Source of the DNA: Candidatus Latescibacterota bacterium
GTDB taxonomy: Bacteria > Latescibacterota > UBA2968
Length of the DNA: 64,000 bases
Direction of reading: 5' to 3'
Assembly (NCBI GenBank): GCA_965116885.1
Contig: OZ220741.1
Location: forward strand, 3,264,001-3,328,000
Shown piece after piece: positions 9,479 to 20,233 of this stretch (positions are counted from its first letter, which is position 1; each line of letters starts with the position of its first letter). Under the pieces are notes generated by a model. The model did no database searches. It saw only the letters and a list, made by a program, of their open reading frames with translations, and was not told where the DNA came from. The position numbers and the translations under genes were made by a program.

Positions 9479-10699
9479 ATGGACAAACGCGTTCTAAACA
9501 GCCCAGTTGAGACCGCGGACCGCATTGAGAGTTTGGATGTGTTGCGCGGCTTTGCTGTGCTTGGTATCCTGGTCATGAACATCCAGTCATTTGCAATGCC
9601 TGGAGCGGCGTACCTGAACCCGACGGCTTACGGCGATCTCAATGGTATCAACTTTTTTACCTGGCTGATTAGCTACCTGCTCGTTGATCAGAAGTTTATG
9701 TCAATCTTTTCAATGCTCTTTGGTGCCGGCATCTGCCTGTTTGCCGATCGCGCCGAGGCTCGCAGTGGTCGCTCCGCTGGCTTGCACTACCGCCGCACAT
9801 TCTATCTGCTCGTCTTCGGCCTTGTGCATGCCTATTTTTTGTGGTCGGGAGATATATTGGTTGCCTACGCGCTTTGCGGCTCCGTCATCTTTCTTGTTAG
9901 GAATCGTTCGCCGCGGACGCTGGTGGTCATCGGCCTCGTTGTTTTTGCAGTGGCGAGTGTGCTGTCCATTGGAATAGGTCTGACAACAGAATTTATTCCC
10001 GAAAAAGATGTGGCGGATATCACCGCGACGTGGGCACCGGATGCGACCAAAATTGATGCGGAGTTGCTCGCTTATCGCAGCGGATGGTTCGCACAGCAGG
10101 CGCAACGGACCAGCGATACACTGGGAATGCACACGACGGTCCTGCCAATTGAAGTGTTTTGGCAATCCGCAGGTATCATGCTGCTGGGCATGGCCCTCTA
10201 CCGCTGGCACATCCTGAGCGCGGTCCGCAATGACCGATTCTACTGCTGCCTCGTGCTCATCGGGTTCGGTGTGGGCGTGCCGGTTGTTGCTGCTGGAGCC
10301 TGGTGGAATTTTGCGGCCGGATGGAACTGGGAGCATTCGATGTTCCTTGGGTCGCAGTTCAACTATTGGGGTAGCCTCTCTATGGCATTTGGATACGTGG
10401 GCCTTGTGATGTTGGCGGTTCGGCGCGGATGGTTTTCTGTGTTACAGATGCGCCTGGCAGCAGCCGGGCGAATGGCGTTTACCAATTACATCGCACAAAC
10501 GCTAATCTGCACAACTATTTTTTATGGGCATGGATTCGGGCTTTTCGGGCGCGTTGACCGCTGGCAACAGGCCATAGTCGTCATCGCTGTATGGGGCCTC
10601 CAACTCTGGTGGTCGCCGTTGCTGATGAGACGCTTTCGATATGGTCCGTTGGAATGGTGTTGGCGGGCACTGACCTACTGGCGGGTCCCGGGACGATAG
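9479..10699 (+). CDS. DUF418 (YeiB-like) membrane protein
   Basis: RIESLDVLRGFAVLGILVMNI, GRMAFTNYIAQT, GPLEWCWRALTY motifs. Confidence 0.9.
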   Translation: MDKRVLNSPVETADRIESLDVLRGFAVLGILVMNIQSFAMPGAAYLNPTAYGDLNGINFFTWLISYLLVDQKFMSIFSMLFGAGICLFADRAEARSGRSAGLHYRRTFYLLVFGLVHAYFLWSGDILVAYALCGSVIFLVRNRSPRTLVVIGLVVFAVASVLSIGIGLTTEFIPEKDVADITATWAPDATKIDAELLAYRSGWFAQQAQRTSDTLGMHTTVLPIEVFWQSAGIMLLGMALYRWHILSAVRNDRFYCCLVLIGFGVGVPVVAAGAWWNFAAGWNWEHSMFLGSQFNYWGSLSMAFGYVGLVMLAVRRGWFSVLQMRLAAAGRMAFTNYIAQTLICTTIFYGHGFGLFGRVDRWQQAIVVIAVWGLQLWWSPLLMRRFRYGPLEWCWRALTYWRVPGR

Positions 10700-10735
10700 T
10701 GCGAATTTTGTTTCACACGATTCAAAGGAGATAAC

Positions 10736-11977
10736 ATGGACAAACTCAAACTCGCCTTGATCGGTTGTGGCGGTATGGGGACGCGCCATTTGTATGGGTT
10801 GCGCGAACTCGCGAAGACGCCGTTTAACAATATCGAATTGTGCGCTTTGTGCGATCTCAATCGGGATAACGCGGAATTGGCCGCGAGAGAGACCGAGCAG
10901 TTGCTCGGTTTTAGACCTCCTGTATTTACATCCATAGAAGAGATGGCGCAAGCGATTCCCGATTTGATGGCTGTCGATGTGGTAACAGATCCGTCGGTGC
11001 ATCACACGGTGGTGTGTGAGGCGCTGGACCTGGGATTGCACGTGCTGGTTGAAAAACCCATGGCGATTTCTGTCAAAGCATGCCATGCTATGAATGAGGC
11101 GGCGGAGCGCAACGGACGAAAACTGTCGGTTGCTGAAAATTATCGGCGCGATCCTTCGGCGCGGCTAACGCGCCATTTGTTGGATACCGGGCGGATCGGA
11201 ATGCCTTATATGGCGACTTTTCACGCCCTGCGAGGTGGCAATGAAATTTTTATCACGCCCTGGCGGCATTTGAAAGATCGCGGGGGGCCGTTGATCGATA
11301 TGGGAGTACACTATACGGATCTGATTCGATATCAACTCGGCGATGTGGTCGAGGTATATGGCGATGCGCGTCTGGTAGAGCCGGTTCGAAAAAAACAACA
11401 GTCCATTGGCGATCGGTATGAATTTTATCAGCAGCGGTTTCGCGCGATGCCAGATGAAGTGCCCGCTACGGCAGAAGATACGGCGATGGCGATGATGAAG
11501 ATGGATAGCGGTGTGATGGTGAGTTTTATTGTGGGCATTGGAGGGCACGGCGCCTGTCGCAGTCAGTTGATTTTGGGCGATAAAGGGTGCTTGCAGAGCT
11601 ATGGCAGCCGCGGGAGTCGGGCGATATGGCAGCCGGCAGGTGGCGAGGTGAGAGATCAGAATGCGATTCTAAGTGCTGTTGACGATTTTGAATTGCATCC
11701 TCTTTTAGATCATTTTTTTCCCACCAAAAACAGCGTGGGAGATCAGGCAGTGGATTGGAAATTGATCGCTTATGAACAATACGAACTCGCCTGTGCTGTT
11801 CTGAATAATGATCCGATTGAGGTCGATGGTGTTGAGGGGATGAAGGATGTGGCGGCGATTTATGCGATTTGCGAGTCTGCTCGCGCAGGTCGCACTGTGA
11901 CGGCAGCAGAGATCGAAAGCGGCGAGTTGTATGAATATCAAGCGGAGATCGATGCGGCGTTAAATATCAACTCTTAA
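10736..11977 (+). CDS. Gfo/Idh/MocA family oxidoreductase
   Basis: LIGCGGMG, VEKPMA, DMGVH motifs. Confidence 0.9.
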   Translation: MDKLKLALIGCGGMGTRHLYGLRELAKTPFNNIELCALCDLNRDNAELAARETEQLLGFRPPVFTSIEEMAQAIPDLMAVDVVTDPSVHHTVVCEALDLGLHVLVEKPMAISVKACHAMNEAAERNGRKLSVAENYRRDPSARLTRHLLDTGRIGMPYMATFHALRGGNEIFITPWRHLKDRGGPLIDMGVHYTDLIRYQLGDVVEVYGDARLVEPVRKKQQSIGDRYEFYQQRFRAMPDEVPATAEDTAMAMMKMDSGVMVSFIVGIGGHGACRSQLILGDKGCLQSYGSRGSRAIWQPAGGEVRDQNAILSAVDDFELHPLLDHFFPTKNSVGDQAVDWKLIAYEQYELACAVLNNDPIEVDGVEGMKDVAAIYAICESARAGRTVTAAEIESGELYEYQAEIDAALNINS

Positions 11978-11978
11978 A

Positions 11979-12356
11979 ATGGAGGAAAGACAGATGGTGA
12001 TTCGCAATTGGCAAGATGCCACGCCCACAGTGGGCCATGAAACGGCGTTGATCTGGTCGATTTTCAGGCAGAAGGGGTCTGCTGGTTTGAGCGAGGAAGA
12101 AGCACCGATGTTGGCGGCGTCGGGATTTACCCTGCATATGATGCAGAGCCGCAAGGCGGGCGATTACCACATGCACGATGACAAAGAACAGATTTATTAT
12201 TTTACGCGCGGTCATGGCAAGATGAAAATCGATGACGAGATTTATCCCGTGGAGCCGGGCGATGCCGTGCATTTACCGCCTTATACCTATCATCAGTTGA
12301 TCAATGACAGCGACGATTGGATTGAACACATCCTGGTGACTGTGCCGGTGGGTTAA
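11979..12356 (+). CDS. Cupin domain protein
   Basis: HMHDDKEQIYYFTRGHG and PGDAVHLPPYTYH cupin motifs. Confidence 0.85.
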   Translation: MEERQMVIRNWQDATPTVGHETALIWSIFRQKGSAGLSEEEAPMLAASGFTLHMMQSRKAGDYHMHDDKEQIYYFTRGHGKMKIDDEIYPVEPGDAVHLPPYTYHQLINDSDDWIEHILVTVPVG

Positions 12357-13375
12357 GGACACAGGACGTATTTTAATCCCTCTTGTCGCTCTGCGCCATC
12401 AAATGCCTGTTCCCAATTCTCGAGTGGCAGCCTGTGGGATATGTATGCCGAGGGATCTATTGTTTTGGAGATGACCATTTCGAGGGCGCGCTGCCAACTG
12501 GGCCAGTTCTGGGCAATCGAACTGTTCACGGAAAGCTGTTTGTAGATGATTTTGCCCCAGTTCACTTCAACGGGATGTTCGATTAGAGCCACCTGTGTGA
12601 ATGTGCCGAGGGGACGCACGGCGTCGAGGCATTGATCGATGGCGGCGGCAGCACCGGCACATTCGATGACAATATCGGCACCGTTGCTGTTGAGCGATCG
12701 GACAAATTCAGATATATTTTCGCGCGTGACATCCACGGTGTGTTCTGCGCTTTTAGCCATAGCGAGGCGATGGGCGTCGCGGTCTGTTCCGCAGACAATA
12801 ACGCGTCCGCCTGCGAGTCTCGCGAGGTCGGCACACATCAGGCCAATGGGACCGGGACCAGAAACGAGTACCAGGTCGCCGGGTACAATTTTTGTGTAAA
12901 AAAGAACGGCTTTGATGCAGCAGGCGAGGGGTTCAACAAGCGCGGCGGTGTCATAGGAGACGGATTCGGGAAGCGGAAAGGCGAGGTTTTGGGGGATGAC
13001 GCAGTATTCGGCAAATCCGCCGTCGCGCATGCTGCCAACGGATTTGCGCTGGGGACAGAAGAAAAATTCGCTGGCTCGACAATAGCGACAGTGCCCACAC
13101 GCGCCATTCGCTGTGGGAAGGACCGTGACGCGGTCGCCTGTTTTGATGCGGGTGACATTGGTGCCGACTTTGACAACCTTACCTGAGAGTTCATGGCAAA
13201 GCGTGACAGGTGGGCGAATGCCATAGCCGCCGTGGCGGATGTGGAGATCGGTGCCGCAGAGTCCGCCGCGCTGAACGGCGATTTTGATGTCGTCGGGGTG
13301 TTCGATATCCGGTTCTGGTATGTTGCATAAGGCGATATGACCAGGACCGGGTTTTAGTTTGCGTACAGCGCGCAT
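12353..13375 (-). CDS. Zn-dependent alcohol/sugar dehydrogenase (MDR family)
   Basis: CGTDLH, CHE, CGHCRYC...C structural zinc site, GPGPIG. Confidence 0.9.
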   Translation of the reverse strand: MRAVRKLKPGPGHIALCNIPEPDIEHPDDIKIAVQRGGLCGTDLHIRHGGYGIRPPVTLCHELSGKVVKVGTNVTRIKTGDRVTVLPTANGACGHCRYCRASEFFFCPQRKSVGSMRDGGFAEYCVIPQNLAFPLPESVSYDTAALVEPLACCIKAVLFYTKIVPGDLVLVSGPGPIGLMCADLARLAGGRVIVCGTDRDAHRLAMAKSAEHTVDVTRENISEFVRSLNSNGADIVIECAGAAAAIDQCLDAVRPLGTFTQVALIEHPVEVNWGKIIYKQLSVNSSIAQNWPSWQRALEMVISKTIDPSAYISHRLPLENWEQAFDGAERQEGLKYVLCP

Positions 13376-13530
13376 GGTATTTTGGTCGGTTCGAGGGATA
13401 TGTATTTGGGGTCGTGTACTTTGCTATTATGCACAATCTTCACATGATAGGCAATCACTGTTTGTTTTGCCCTATAGCTTGTGCAATACGTATCATTCGA
13501 CGTGCTGTTTTGTCCGCAAGAAGGTGAGCG

Positions 13531-15594
13531 ATGATCCGGAATATTCTGCATATAGGAATGGGCGTGGGGGCGGTCTTTTTGGGGCTGGTCGCCCTGGTGG
13601 AGTTACTGGGATATGTGACCTGGTACCTGATGCCCCGAGATGCGGAGTCTATGCAACAGGCGTCCGAGTTTGAGGCGATTATGGGCAGGCTGGTGCAAAG
13701 TCCCACAGAGGGAGCTATACAGGTTGTGGTGCCAGACCGACATCCGAAGACCGCAAAAGCCGTACACCAGGTTATGGAATGGCCGGAAAGAAGGGGACGG
13801 CAGTTTCGGGAAGCTCCTATGCTTCAAAAGAGGGTGGTGGGTAAGTTGCCGCCGGTTGAGGAACGGCTGCCGGAAAATCCATTGGTGATCGTGCCGCCCC
13901 ATCAGAATGGTCCTTATGGAGGTACCTGGACACGGTTTGCAACGGGACCGAGAGATATAGGTATTGTAGAGGCGCGATTCGCCTATGAAGGGTTGGTGAG
14001 ATGGGATCCGATGGGGCAAAAAATTCTTCCCAATCTGGCAACGCACTGGGAGATATCCGATGGGGGACGGACGTACACGTTCTGGTTGCGAAAGGGGGTG
14101 CGCTGGTCAGATGGACATCCCTTTACGGTAGAGGATATTTTCTTCTGGCATGAAAATGTGTTGCGTAACGAGGAGTTGACACCGGTGGTGGCGCGGGATT
14201 TTCAACGGGGAGGCGAGGTGATGGCGATAGAAAAAGTCGATGCGTACACCGTGCGTTTTCGCTTCAAGCGACCCAATGGTCTTTTCCTGAAATTGCTGGC
14301 GTGGGGGCGCGGATACGAAATGTTGCGGTATCCGGCGCATTATATGGCGCAGTTTCATCCGCGATATGTGCCGCTGGAGAAATTGGAAGCGATGGCCCGG
14401 GAGCACGGTTTTGATTTCTGGCACCAGCTTTTTCAAGACAAGCGGGACTGGCGGAACCCGGATATTCCCAGGCTGTGGCCGTGGGTTGTCGTGGCGCCGC
14501 CACCGGCCCGTCCTTCTGTGTTCGAGCGAAATCCCTATTATTGGAAGGTGGATCCAGAGGGGAACCAGCTTCCCTATATTGATCGTATGACCTTTGAGAT
14601 TTATGACCGCGAGACGATCAATCTCAAAGCGATTAATGGGGAGATCGGGATGCAGGGGCGGCACATTTTGATCGACAATTATTCCTTATTTATGGAGAAT
14701 CAGTCGCGCGGAGGGTACCGGGTGCTGCACTGGATTACCGGGGGGACCGGCGGAGAGAGCGTTGCGCTGAATTTGAACCACAAGGATCCGGTGATGCGCG
14801 AAATTATATGGGATCGTCGGTTCCGCATCGCGCTGTCACACGCGATTGATCGGGAGGCGATTAACGAGATCGGTGGGTTTGGTATCGGTCAGCCGAGGCA
14901 ACCGGCGCCTTTGCAAACATCGGTGCATTATTCAGAGGCATTTGAAAAAGCATATATCGAATATGAGCCGGATAGGGCCAACGCGCTTTTGGACGAGATG
15001 GGATTGGTGGAGAAAGACCCGTCCGGCATGCGACTGCGTCCGGATGGCGAGCCGATCAGGGTGGCAATTGAAACGATGTCGATCAACAACCGGGTGCTGG
15101 AATTGGTGGCGAATTATTGGACGGCGGTGGGGGTGAAGACGGAGATCAAAGAGGAAGCCCGACAGCTTTATTACGAGCGAAGAAAGGCGTTGATACACGA
15201 TGCGGCTACTGCGGGGGGTGAGGTTCAGAACCCACTTTTGGAGCCGCGCCTGTTTGTCCCCTATAATGTGGGATCGAGCCATGCGATTGGGTTCACGCAT
15301 TGGCTTTTGACCAATGGAAAACGAGGGGAGACGCCCACGGGAGATATGCGGCGCTGCATTGAACTGTTCTGGCAGATTGAGGAGACGCCGGACGAGGCCG
15401 AACAAATTCGGCTGTTTGGAGAGATTATAGAACTGAACCGGAAAAATCTCTGGGTGATTGGAACAATCGGGAGTATGCCTTCGATTATGCTGGTACACAA
15501 TACATTTCGGAACGTGCCGGAGGTCGCCATGGCATCGTGGTCTGTTCGCACGCCTGCGAATACAGCGGTTGAGTGTTATGCGATTGAGCCATAA
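13531..15594 (+). CDS. ABC transporter substrate-binding protein, family 5
   Basis: LPPVEERLPENP, LRKGVRWSDGHPFT, RNPYYWKVD..GNQLPYID motifs. Confidence 0.9.
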   Translation: MIRNILHIGMGVGAVFLGLVALVELLGYVTWYLMPRDAESMQQASEFEAIMGRLVQSPTEGAIQVVVPDRHPKTAKAVHQVMEWPERRGRQFREAPMLQKRVVGKLPPVEERLPENPLVIVPPHQNGPYGGTWTRFATGPRDIGIVEARFAYEGLVRWDPMGQKILPNLATHWEISDGGRTYTFWLRKGVRWSDGHPFTVEDIFFWHENVLRNEELTPVVARDFQRGGEVMAIEKVDAYTVRFRFKRPNGLFLKLLAWGRGYEMLRYPAHYMAQFHPRYVPLEKLEAMAREHGFDFWHQLFQDKRDWRNPDIPRLWPWVVVAPPPARPSVFERNPYYWKVDPEGNQLPYIDRMTFEIYDRETINLKAINGEIGMQGRHILIDNYSLFMENQSRGGYRVLHWITGGTGGESVALNLNHKDPVMREIIWDRRFRIALSHAIDREAINEIGGFGIGQPRQPAPLQTSVHYSEAFEKAYIEYEPDRANALLDEMGLVEKDPSGMRLRPDGEPIRVAIETMSINNRVLELVANYWTAVGVKTEIKEEARQLYYERRKALIHDAATAGGEVQNPLLEPRLFVPYNVGSSHAIGFTHWLLTNGKRGETPTGDMRRCIELFWQIEETPDEAEQIRLFGEIIELNRKNLWVIGTIGSMPSIMLVHNTFRNVPEVAMASWSVRTPANTAVECYAIEP

Positions 15595-15610
15595 CCCGTA
15601 CAGGTGATGA

Positions 15611-17383
15611 TTACTCGTTCAATGCCGAGAATTGGGCGATTTGTTCAACCTTGCCATCGACAATGCCCATGTACCCAATTAGCATTTCGTCAAAACTCTG
15701 CTCACCCCAGCGAACCGTTGCAGATGGGTCGGGATTGAGTTTGTTTTTTGCCGAGTTGTCAAAGACGGCATGGCTGACTATGCGCGTTCCAGCGGGCAGG
15801 TATTTGGGGGTTGATAGGGCGTAGAATCGCTGCCAGTTGAATGTGTAATTTGGCACAGAGAGCAGGGCTTCGCGGGTTCCATCGGGATAATGTGCCACAT
15901 AGCGGAAGCCCGCGCCCCGGAAGTGCATGTGGGGGAAGAAGGTGTAGAGGGTGACGTCTTGTTCAAAGATTTTTATGGATGAATCGCGATAGGCACTCGC
16001 ATGCGGTGGGATTTTAATTTGGGTATTGGCGGGACCGACTACGCGGTGTTCGCGCAGGTTTTGTGCGTCGGTGAAATACAGTCCCAGTTTGCTTTCATCC
16101 ACTTCGGGTCGTCCAGTGGTCGTGTAGTGGAGTTGAAACTGGATTTTGCTCCCTTTGGGGAGTAGTTTTGCCGTGCCTTTGGGCAGCATGACACCGTCCA
16201 TGCCCGGTACATAAGAGGCAAAGATGCCGTCTAACCAGCGGTTCTTTTTGATGGTTTTCATTTTGTGCCCTTTGGGATAGATCAGGTGCGCCAGTGCGTG
16301 GTGCATGGCCGCGCGATTTCCCGGCAGAAATTCGGTGCCCCGCAATTGCACATCGCGGTCTATGGGCACTGTAATTTTGAGATAGCGATAATCGACAATG
16401 CCGGTTGCGGGGATTTCCTGCCGTTCCAGTGCGATGACGAGGTCGGGTTCACCATAAGCCCAGGTTGTGGCGTGTGTCGGGTTGTCGGATAGGGGATCTG
16501 GCCCATCGCCGCGGGGCGATCCAGCTTCGATCCAGTGGACGAGGGTTTGTTCTTCTTGTTGTGTGAGAGACATGTCGTTGTTGAATGTGCCTATGTGTGG
16601 GTCTGCATGCCAGGGGGGCATGCGGCGGGTGCGCACGACTTCGCGCATCATTGGAGACCAGCCAGCGACTTCTTTGTAGTCGGTCATGTCAAAGGGTGCT
16701 ATGCCGCCGGTTTGGTGACAGGTGACGCATTTGTTTTGCAAAATGGGCGCGATCTGATTGGCATAAGAGATCTGTTTGTGTTGTGCGCGGTCTTTGCCCG
16801 GCAGGGCAATCAGGCAACCGGGTGATGCAACGGCTTTGACGGCGACTTCCTCGGCTTTGAGGTGGGCGAGGAGTGCATCGGCGAGATAATGGTTGGATGC
16901 ACTGGGTTTTTGCGCTTCGTAATTCAGACGATCGTCGATGGGTCCCCGGTAGAGGATGTGCCATGTTTTGGGATCGATGACAAGTGCCTCAGCCGTGCGG
17001 TGCAGGTCGAGTGATTCGGCGACGAGTTGTGTTTCGTCAATGAGGATGGGATAGTCGATGGAGAAGGCGACGGCTTCTTCGCGTACGTTTTCGCGGTCGT
17101 CTTGCAAATTGGCATTGAGCATTAAAAATTGCACGCCTTTGGGCGCGTATTCATCGCGTATTGCATTGAGGCTATGTACCGCATTGCGCACAATAGGGCA
17201 ACCATTGCCCTGGACGAATAAGACGATGGCAGATGCGTCTGAGTGTTCATGGAGGGTGTGGAATTCGCCGTTCTGGTCATAAAGGCCAAAATCATCAACG
17301 ACAATATCTACGGATTGTGGTGTTTCGGGAATGGCAGAACAGCCAATGAAGAGACAGGAGAGGATGTACAATAGATGTTTCAT
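15611..17383 (-). CDS. Lipoprotein with redoxin, c-type heme and copper monooxygenase-like domains
   Basis: Lipobox LFIGC, GCP redoxin, CVTCH heme motif, MHH / PHMH / DEM copper-ligand pattern. Confidence 0.75.
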   Translation of the reverse strand: MKHLLYILSCLFIGCSAIPETPQSVDIVVDDFGLYDQNGEFHTLHEHSDASAIVLFVQGNGCPIVRNAVHSLNAIRDEYAPKGVQFLMLNANLQDDRENVREEAVAFSIDYPILIDETQLVAESLDLHRTAEALVIDPKTWHILYRGPIDDRLNYEAQKPSASNHYLADALLAHLKAEEVAVKAVASPGCLIALPGKDRAQHKQISYANQIAPILQNKCVTCHQTGGIAPFDMTDYKEVAGWSPMMREVVRTRRMPPWHADPHIGTFNNDMSLTQQEEQTLVHWIEAGSPRGDGPDPLSDNPTHATTWAYGEPDLVIALERQEIPATGIVDYRYLKITVPIDRDVQLRGTEFLPGNRAAMHHALAHLIYPKGHKMKTIKKNRWLDGIFASYVPGMDGVMLPKGTAKLLPKGSKIQFQLHYTTTGRPEVDESKLGLYFTDAQNLREHRVVGPANTQIKIPPHASAYRDSSIKIFEQDVTLYTFFPHMHFRGAGFRYVAHYPDGTREALLSVPNYTFNWQRFYALSTPKYLPAGTRIVSHAVFDNSAKNKLNPDPSATVRWGEQSFDEMLIGYMGIVDGKVEQIAQFSALNE

Positions 17384-17404
17384 CAGGGGATATCCTTACA
17401 AGAG

Positions 17405-18307
17405 TTAAAATTCTCTGCTTCGCAACAATTCCAGCACGCGCTCGAGGTCGTCATTGCTGTAAAATTCGATTTCGATTTTGCCCCGAGAGCCTCTGCGGTT
17501 GATATTGACTGCTGTGCCAAAATAACGCTGGAGGTCTTCTTCGAGAAATAGCAGGTTGGGATCTTTGGGCGGCGTGGATTTTTTTTCTGTGGTGCCTTCT
17601 TTGAGTGCTTTGACGAGGGCTTCTGTGCGGCGAACCGATAATTCCTGTGCAATAATCTGCTGGCATAAGGCAATTTGTTGATCCGCGTTGTCAAGGCCCA
17701 GCAGTGTGCGGGCGTGACCTGCGGATATTTGTCCGGCTTGCAGGGCGTCGAGTACTTCGGGTGCCAATGCGAGGAGGCGCAAGGTGTTGGCAATGGTGGA
17801 GCGGTCTTTGCCCACATGCTCGGCAACCTCCTCTTGTGTGAGAAAACACTCGTCTATGAGCATGCGATAGGCTTTGGCTTCTTCTATGGGGTTGAGATTT
17901 TCCCGTTGAATATTTTCAATTAGCGAGAGTTCCACCATTTCCTGGTCTGTTCCCACGTCCATAACAATTGCAGGTACGACCGCGAGTTCGGCCTGGCGTG
18001 CGGCGCGAAAACGGCGTTCGCCAGCGATCAGTTGATAGCCCGATCCAAAGCTACGCACGGAAATGGGTTGTATGATGCCTTTTTCGCGGATTGATTGCGC
18101 CAATTCGCTCACGGCTTTGGGATCGAATTCTGCGCGCGGCTGGTGGGGGTTGGGTTCTATATCCTCAATGGGTATTTCGATGATTTGCCGTTGGGTCTGT
18201 CCTGTGGGCGATGGAGCAGTTTCCGATGTGATTTTTTTGGCAGAGGTTTCATCGGCACCGGGAATCAGGGCACCCAATCCCTTGCCGAGGGCGTTGCGTT
18301 TAGCCAT
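17405..18307 (-). CDS. parB: Chromosome partitioning protein ParB/Spo0J
   Basis: [39 protein letters not shown] motifs. Confidence 0.95.
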   Translation of the reverse strand: MAKRNALGKGLGALIPGADETSAKKITSETAPSPTGQTQRQIIEIPIEDIEPNPHQPRAEFDPKAVSELAQSIREKGIIQPISVRSFGSGYQLIAGERRFRAARQAELAVVPAIVMDVGTDQEMVELSLIENIQRENLNPIEEAKAYRMLIDECFLTQEEVAEHVGKDRSTIANTLRLLALAPEVLDALQAGQISAGHARTLLGLDNADQQIALCQQIIAQELSVRRTEALVKALKEGTTEKKSTPPKDPNLLFLEEDLQRYFGTAVNINRRGSRGKIEIEFYSNDDLERVLELLRSREF

Positions 18308-19061
18308 TGATGACCTCCCCGGCTAAGTTCATGTAATTCTGCGCGCCGGTAGATATAATATCGTAGAGGATGATTGGTTTGCCAAAACTGGGCGCTTCGC
18401 CAAGTTTGACGTTGCGGCTGATAATCGTATTATAGACGCGGTCGCCAAAATGCGATTTGGTTTCTTCGGCAACCTGCCGCGCCAGATTGAGACGTCCGTC
18501 GTACATTGTGAGTAGTACGCCTTCAATAGTGAGGTGGGGATTGAGATGTTGTTGCACGAGGTGCAGGGTGTTGAGCAATTTGCTCAGGCCCTCGAGCGCG
18601 TAGAATTCGCATTGTATGGGAATGAGTACAGAGTCGGCTGCCGTCAGCGCGTTGAGTGTGAGCAATCCCAGTGCAGGGGGGCAGTCGATGATGATGAAGT
18701 CATAGGTTTCGCGCGCTTGCAAAAGGGCATTTTTGAGGCGTTGTTCGCGCGATGTGACGGAGACCATTTCCACTTCGGCGCCGGTGAGGCGAATGTGAGA
18801 GGGCGCAATGCTGAGAAAGGGCAAGGCGCTTTCGTGGATGACTTCCATTAAGGGCAAGTTTTCGAGAAGCACTTCGTACACACAGGGCGTTTGTTCATCT
18901 ACCTCAATGCCACATCCGCTGGACGCGTTGGCCTGTGGGTCTATGTCGAGCAGCAGGGTTTTCTTTTCGGCAGTAGCCAGACACGCAGATAGGTTGACTG
19001 CGGTGGTGGTTTTGCCCACGCCGCCTTTTTGATTGGCTATGGCAATGACCCGTGCAGACAT
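18300..19061 (-). CDS. parA: Chromosome partitioning ATPase ParA/Soj
   Basis: [30 protein letters not shown]; overlaps the parB start. Confidence 0.95.
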   Translation of the reverse strand: MSARVIAIANQKGGVGKTTTAVNLSACLATAEKKTLLLDIDPQANASSGCGIEVDEQTPCVYEVLLENLPLMEVIHESALPFLSIAPSHIRLTGAEVEMVSVTSREQRLKNALLQARETYDFIIIDCPPALGLLTLNALTAADSVLIPIQCEFYALEGLSKLLNTLHLVQQHLNPHLTIEGVLLTMYDGRLNLARQVAEETKSHFGDRVYNTIISRNVKLGEAPSFGKPIILYDIISTGAQNYMNLAGEVING

Positions 19062-19310
19062 CTGAAACCCCGTAAATTCAAGTATAACAGAGATATTCAA
19101 GCCTTCGAAATATAGGGTAAGGAAAAGAGAAAATCAAGCGCGGGTGTTTGTCGCTACTTCGCGCTGTGGGGTGGAAAGGCGAGGATTATGGTGCTTTTTG
19201 TAATGACTTTTCAGAATACTGCGTCTAAGCCGAGACTTTGGAGTCAAATTTTAAGGTATAAAAGAAGCGGTTTTAGACAGGTGGGATTTGGAGAAATTTG
19301 GAAAATTGGG

Positions 19311-19338
19311 TTGACAACAGATAGATATTATCTACGTT
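19311..19338 (+). promoter_or_regulatory. Sigma70-like promoter with a palindrome in the spacer
   Basis: TTGACA-N16-TACGTT; TAGATA-T-TATCTA inverted repeat at 19322-19334. Confidence 0.45.
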
Positions 19339-19419
19339 ATTAAAAATAATCACACTGAGAGGGAGGGGCGCGTTACAGAAAGATGATAAAATTTTAGCGA
19401 CCACAACGAGGAGAGTCAC

Positions 19420-20112
19420 ATGGCAGATGCACCACAAACCACAGAAAGAGATTTAGCCCAAGCAGATCAAAGGATTGATCGCCGTTTTGATGAACAGCAA
19501 CGCGAAACCGTTAGGCAAGGCCAGCAGTTGACAGCGATTGAAAAACTGATTGAACAGAACAACGAGCACCACAAAGACCGCATGGCGCGTTACGAAGCCG
19601 CTCAGGAGAAGATGTTTGAGCGATTGGAGACGCGCATTGAGCAGAATGCCACAAGAATCACAGAGAGTAACGAGCATGTGATCAGACTGGACACCCTCAT
19701 AGATCAGCATGACGAGCGCATGAGCCATCTATCCGAGATCCAACGGGAATTGCGGGCGACGATTGATCAGAACGCCAAAGAAATCACGGAGAGTAATGAG
19801 CGAACGACCAGATTGGATACCCTCATAGATCAGCATGACGAGCGCATGAGCAGTCAAGCGGAGATCCAGCGAGAATTGCATGTGATGATTGATCAGAACG
19901 CCACAAGAATCACAGAGAGTAACGAGCATGTGATCAGACTGGACACCCTCATAGAGCAGCACGATGACCGCATGAGCCGTCTATCCGAGATCCAACGGGA
20001 ATTGCGTGCGACGATGCAGAGCAATTTCAATTGGATTGTTGGCGTTGTCCTCGGAGGAGTTTTTCTGATATTGGGTACACTGGTAACGGGATTTTTCGCT
20101 TTGCCTAAGTAA
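19420..20112 (+). CDS. C-terminally membrane-anchored coiled-coil repeat protein
   Basis: Heptad pattern, three 42-aa repeats, C-terminal TM helix, GAGGAG RBS. Confidence 0.8.
   Translation: MADAPQTTERDLAQADQRIDRRFDEQQRETVRQGQQLTAIEKLIEQNNEHHKDRMARYEAAQEKMFERLETRIEQNATRITESNEHVIRLDTLIDQHDERMSHLSEIQRELRATIDQNAKEITESNERTTRLDTLIDQHDERMSSQAEIQRELHVMIDQNATRITESNEHVIRLDTLIEQHDDRMSRLSEIQRELRATMQSNFNWIVGVVLGGVFLILGTLVTGFFALPK
19636..20013 (+). repeat. Three tandem 126-bp in-frame repeats
   Basis: Units start at 19636, 19762 and 19888 (att gaN cag aaY gcc...). Confidence 0.9.
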
Positions 20113-20176
20113 CCACACGAGTATAGACTTGTCACAGGCTGAGATAAACCACCATCTTAACGATATAAAAACAAGC

Positions 20177-20209
20177 AAGTGCCCGTCTCCTCAATGGAAG
20201 CGGGCACTT
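20177..20209. terminator. Bidirectional terminator between convergent genes
   Basis: aagtgcccg...cgggcactt stem followed by a T tract. Confidence 0.7.
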
Positions 20210-20233
20210 TTGTGTTTATCCCAAAATAGAAGA

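Noticed and set aside
10709..10724. parS site (tgtttcacacgattca)
   Set aside because: Several mismatches to TGTTTCACGTGAAACA and not palindromic; I saw no convincing parS near parAB either.
19636..20013. CRISPR-like array
   Set aside because: The repeats are contiguous, in-frame 126-bp coding units with no unique spacers, and there are no cas genes.
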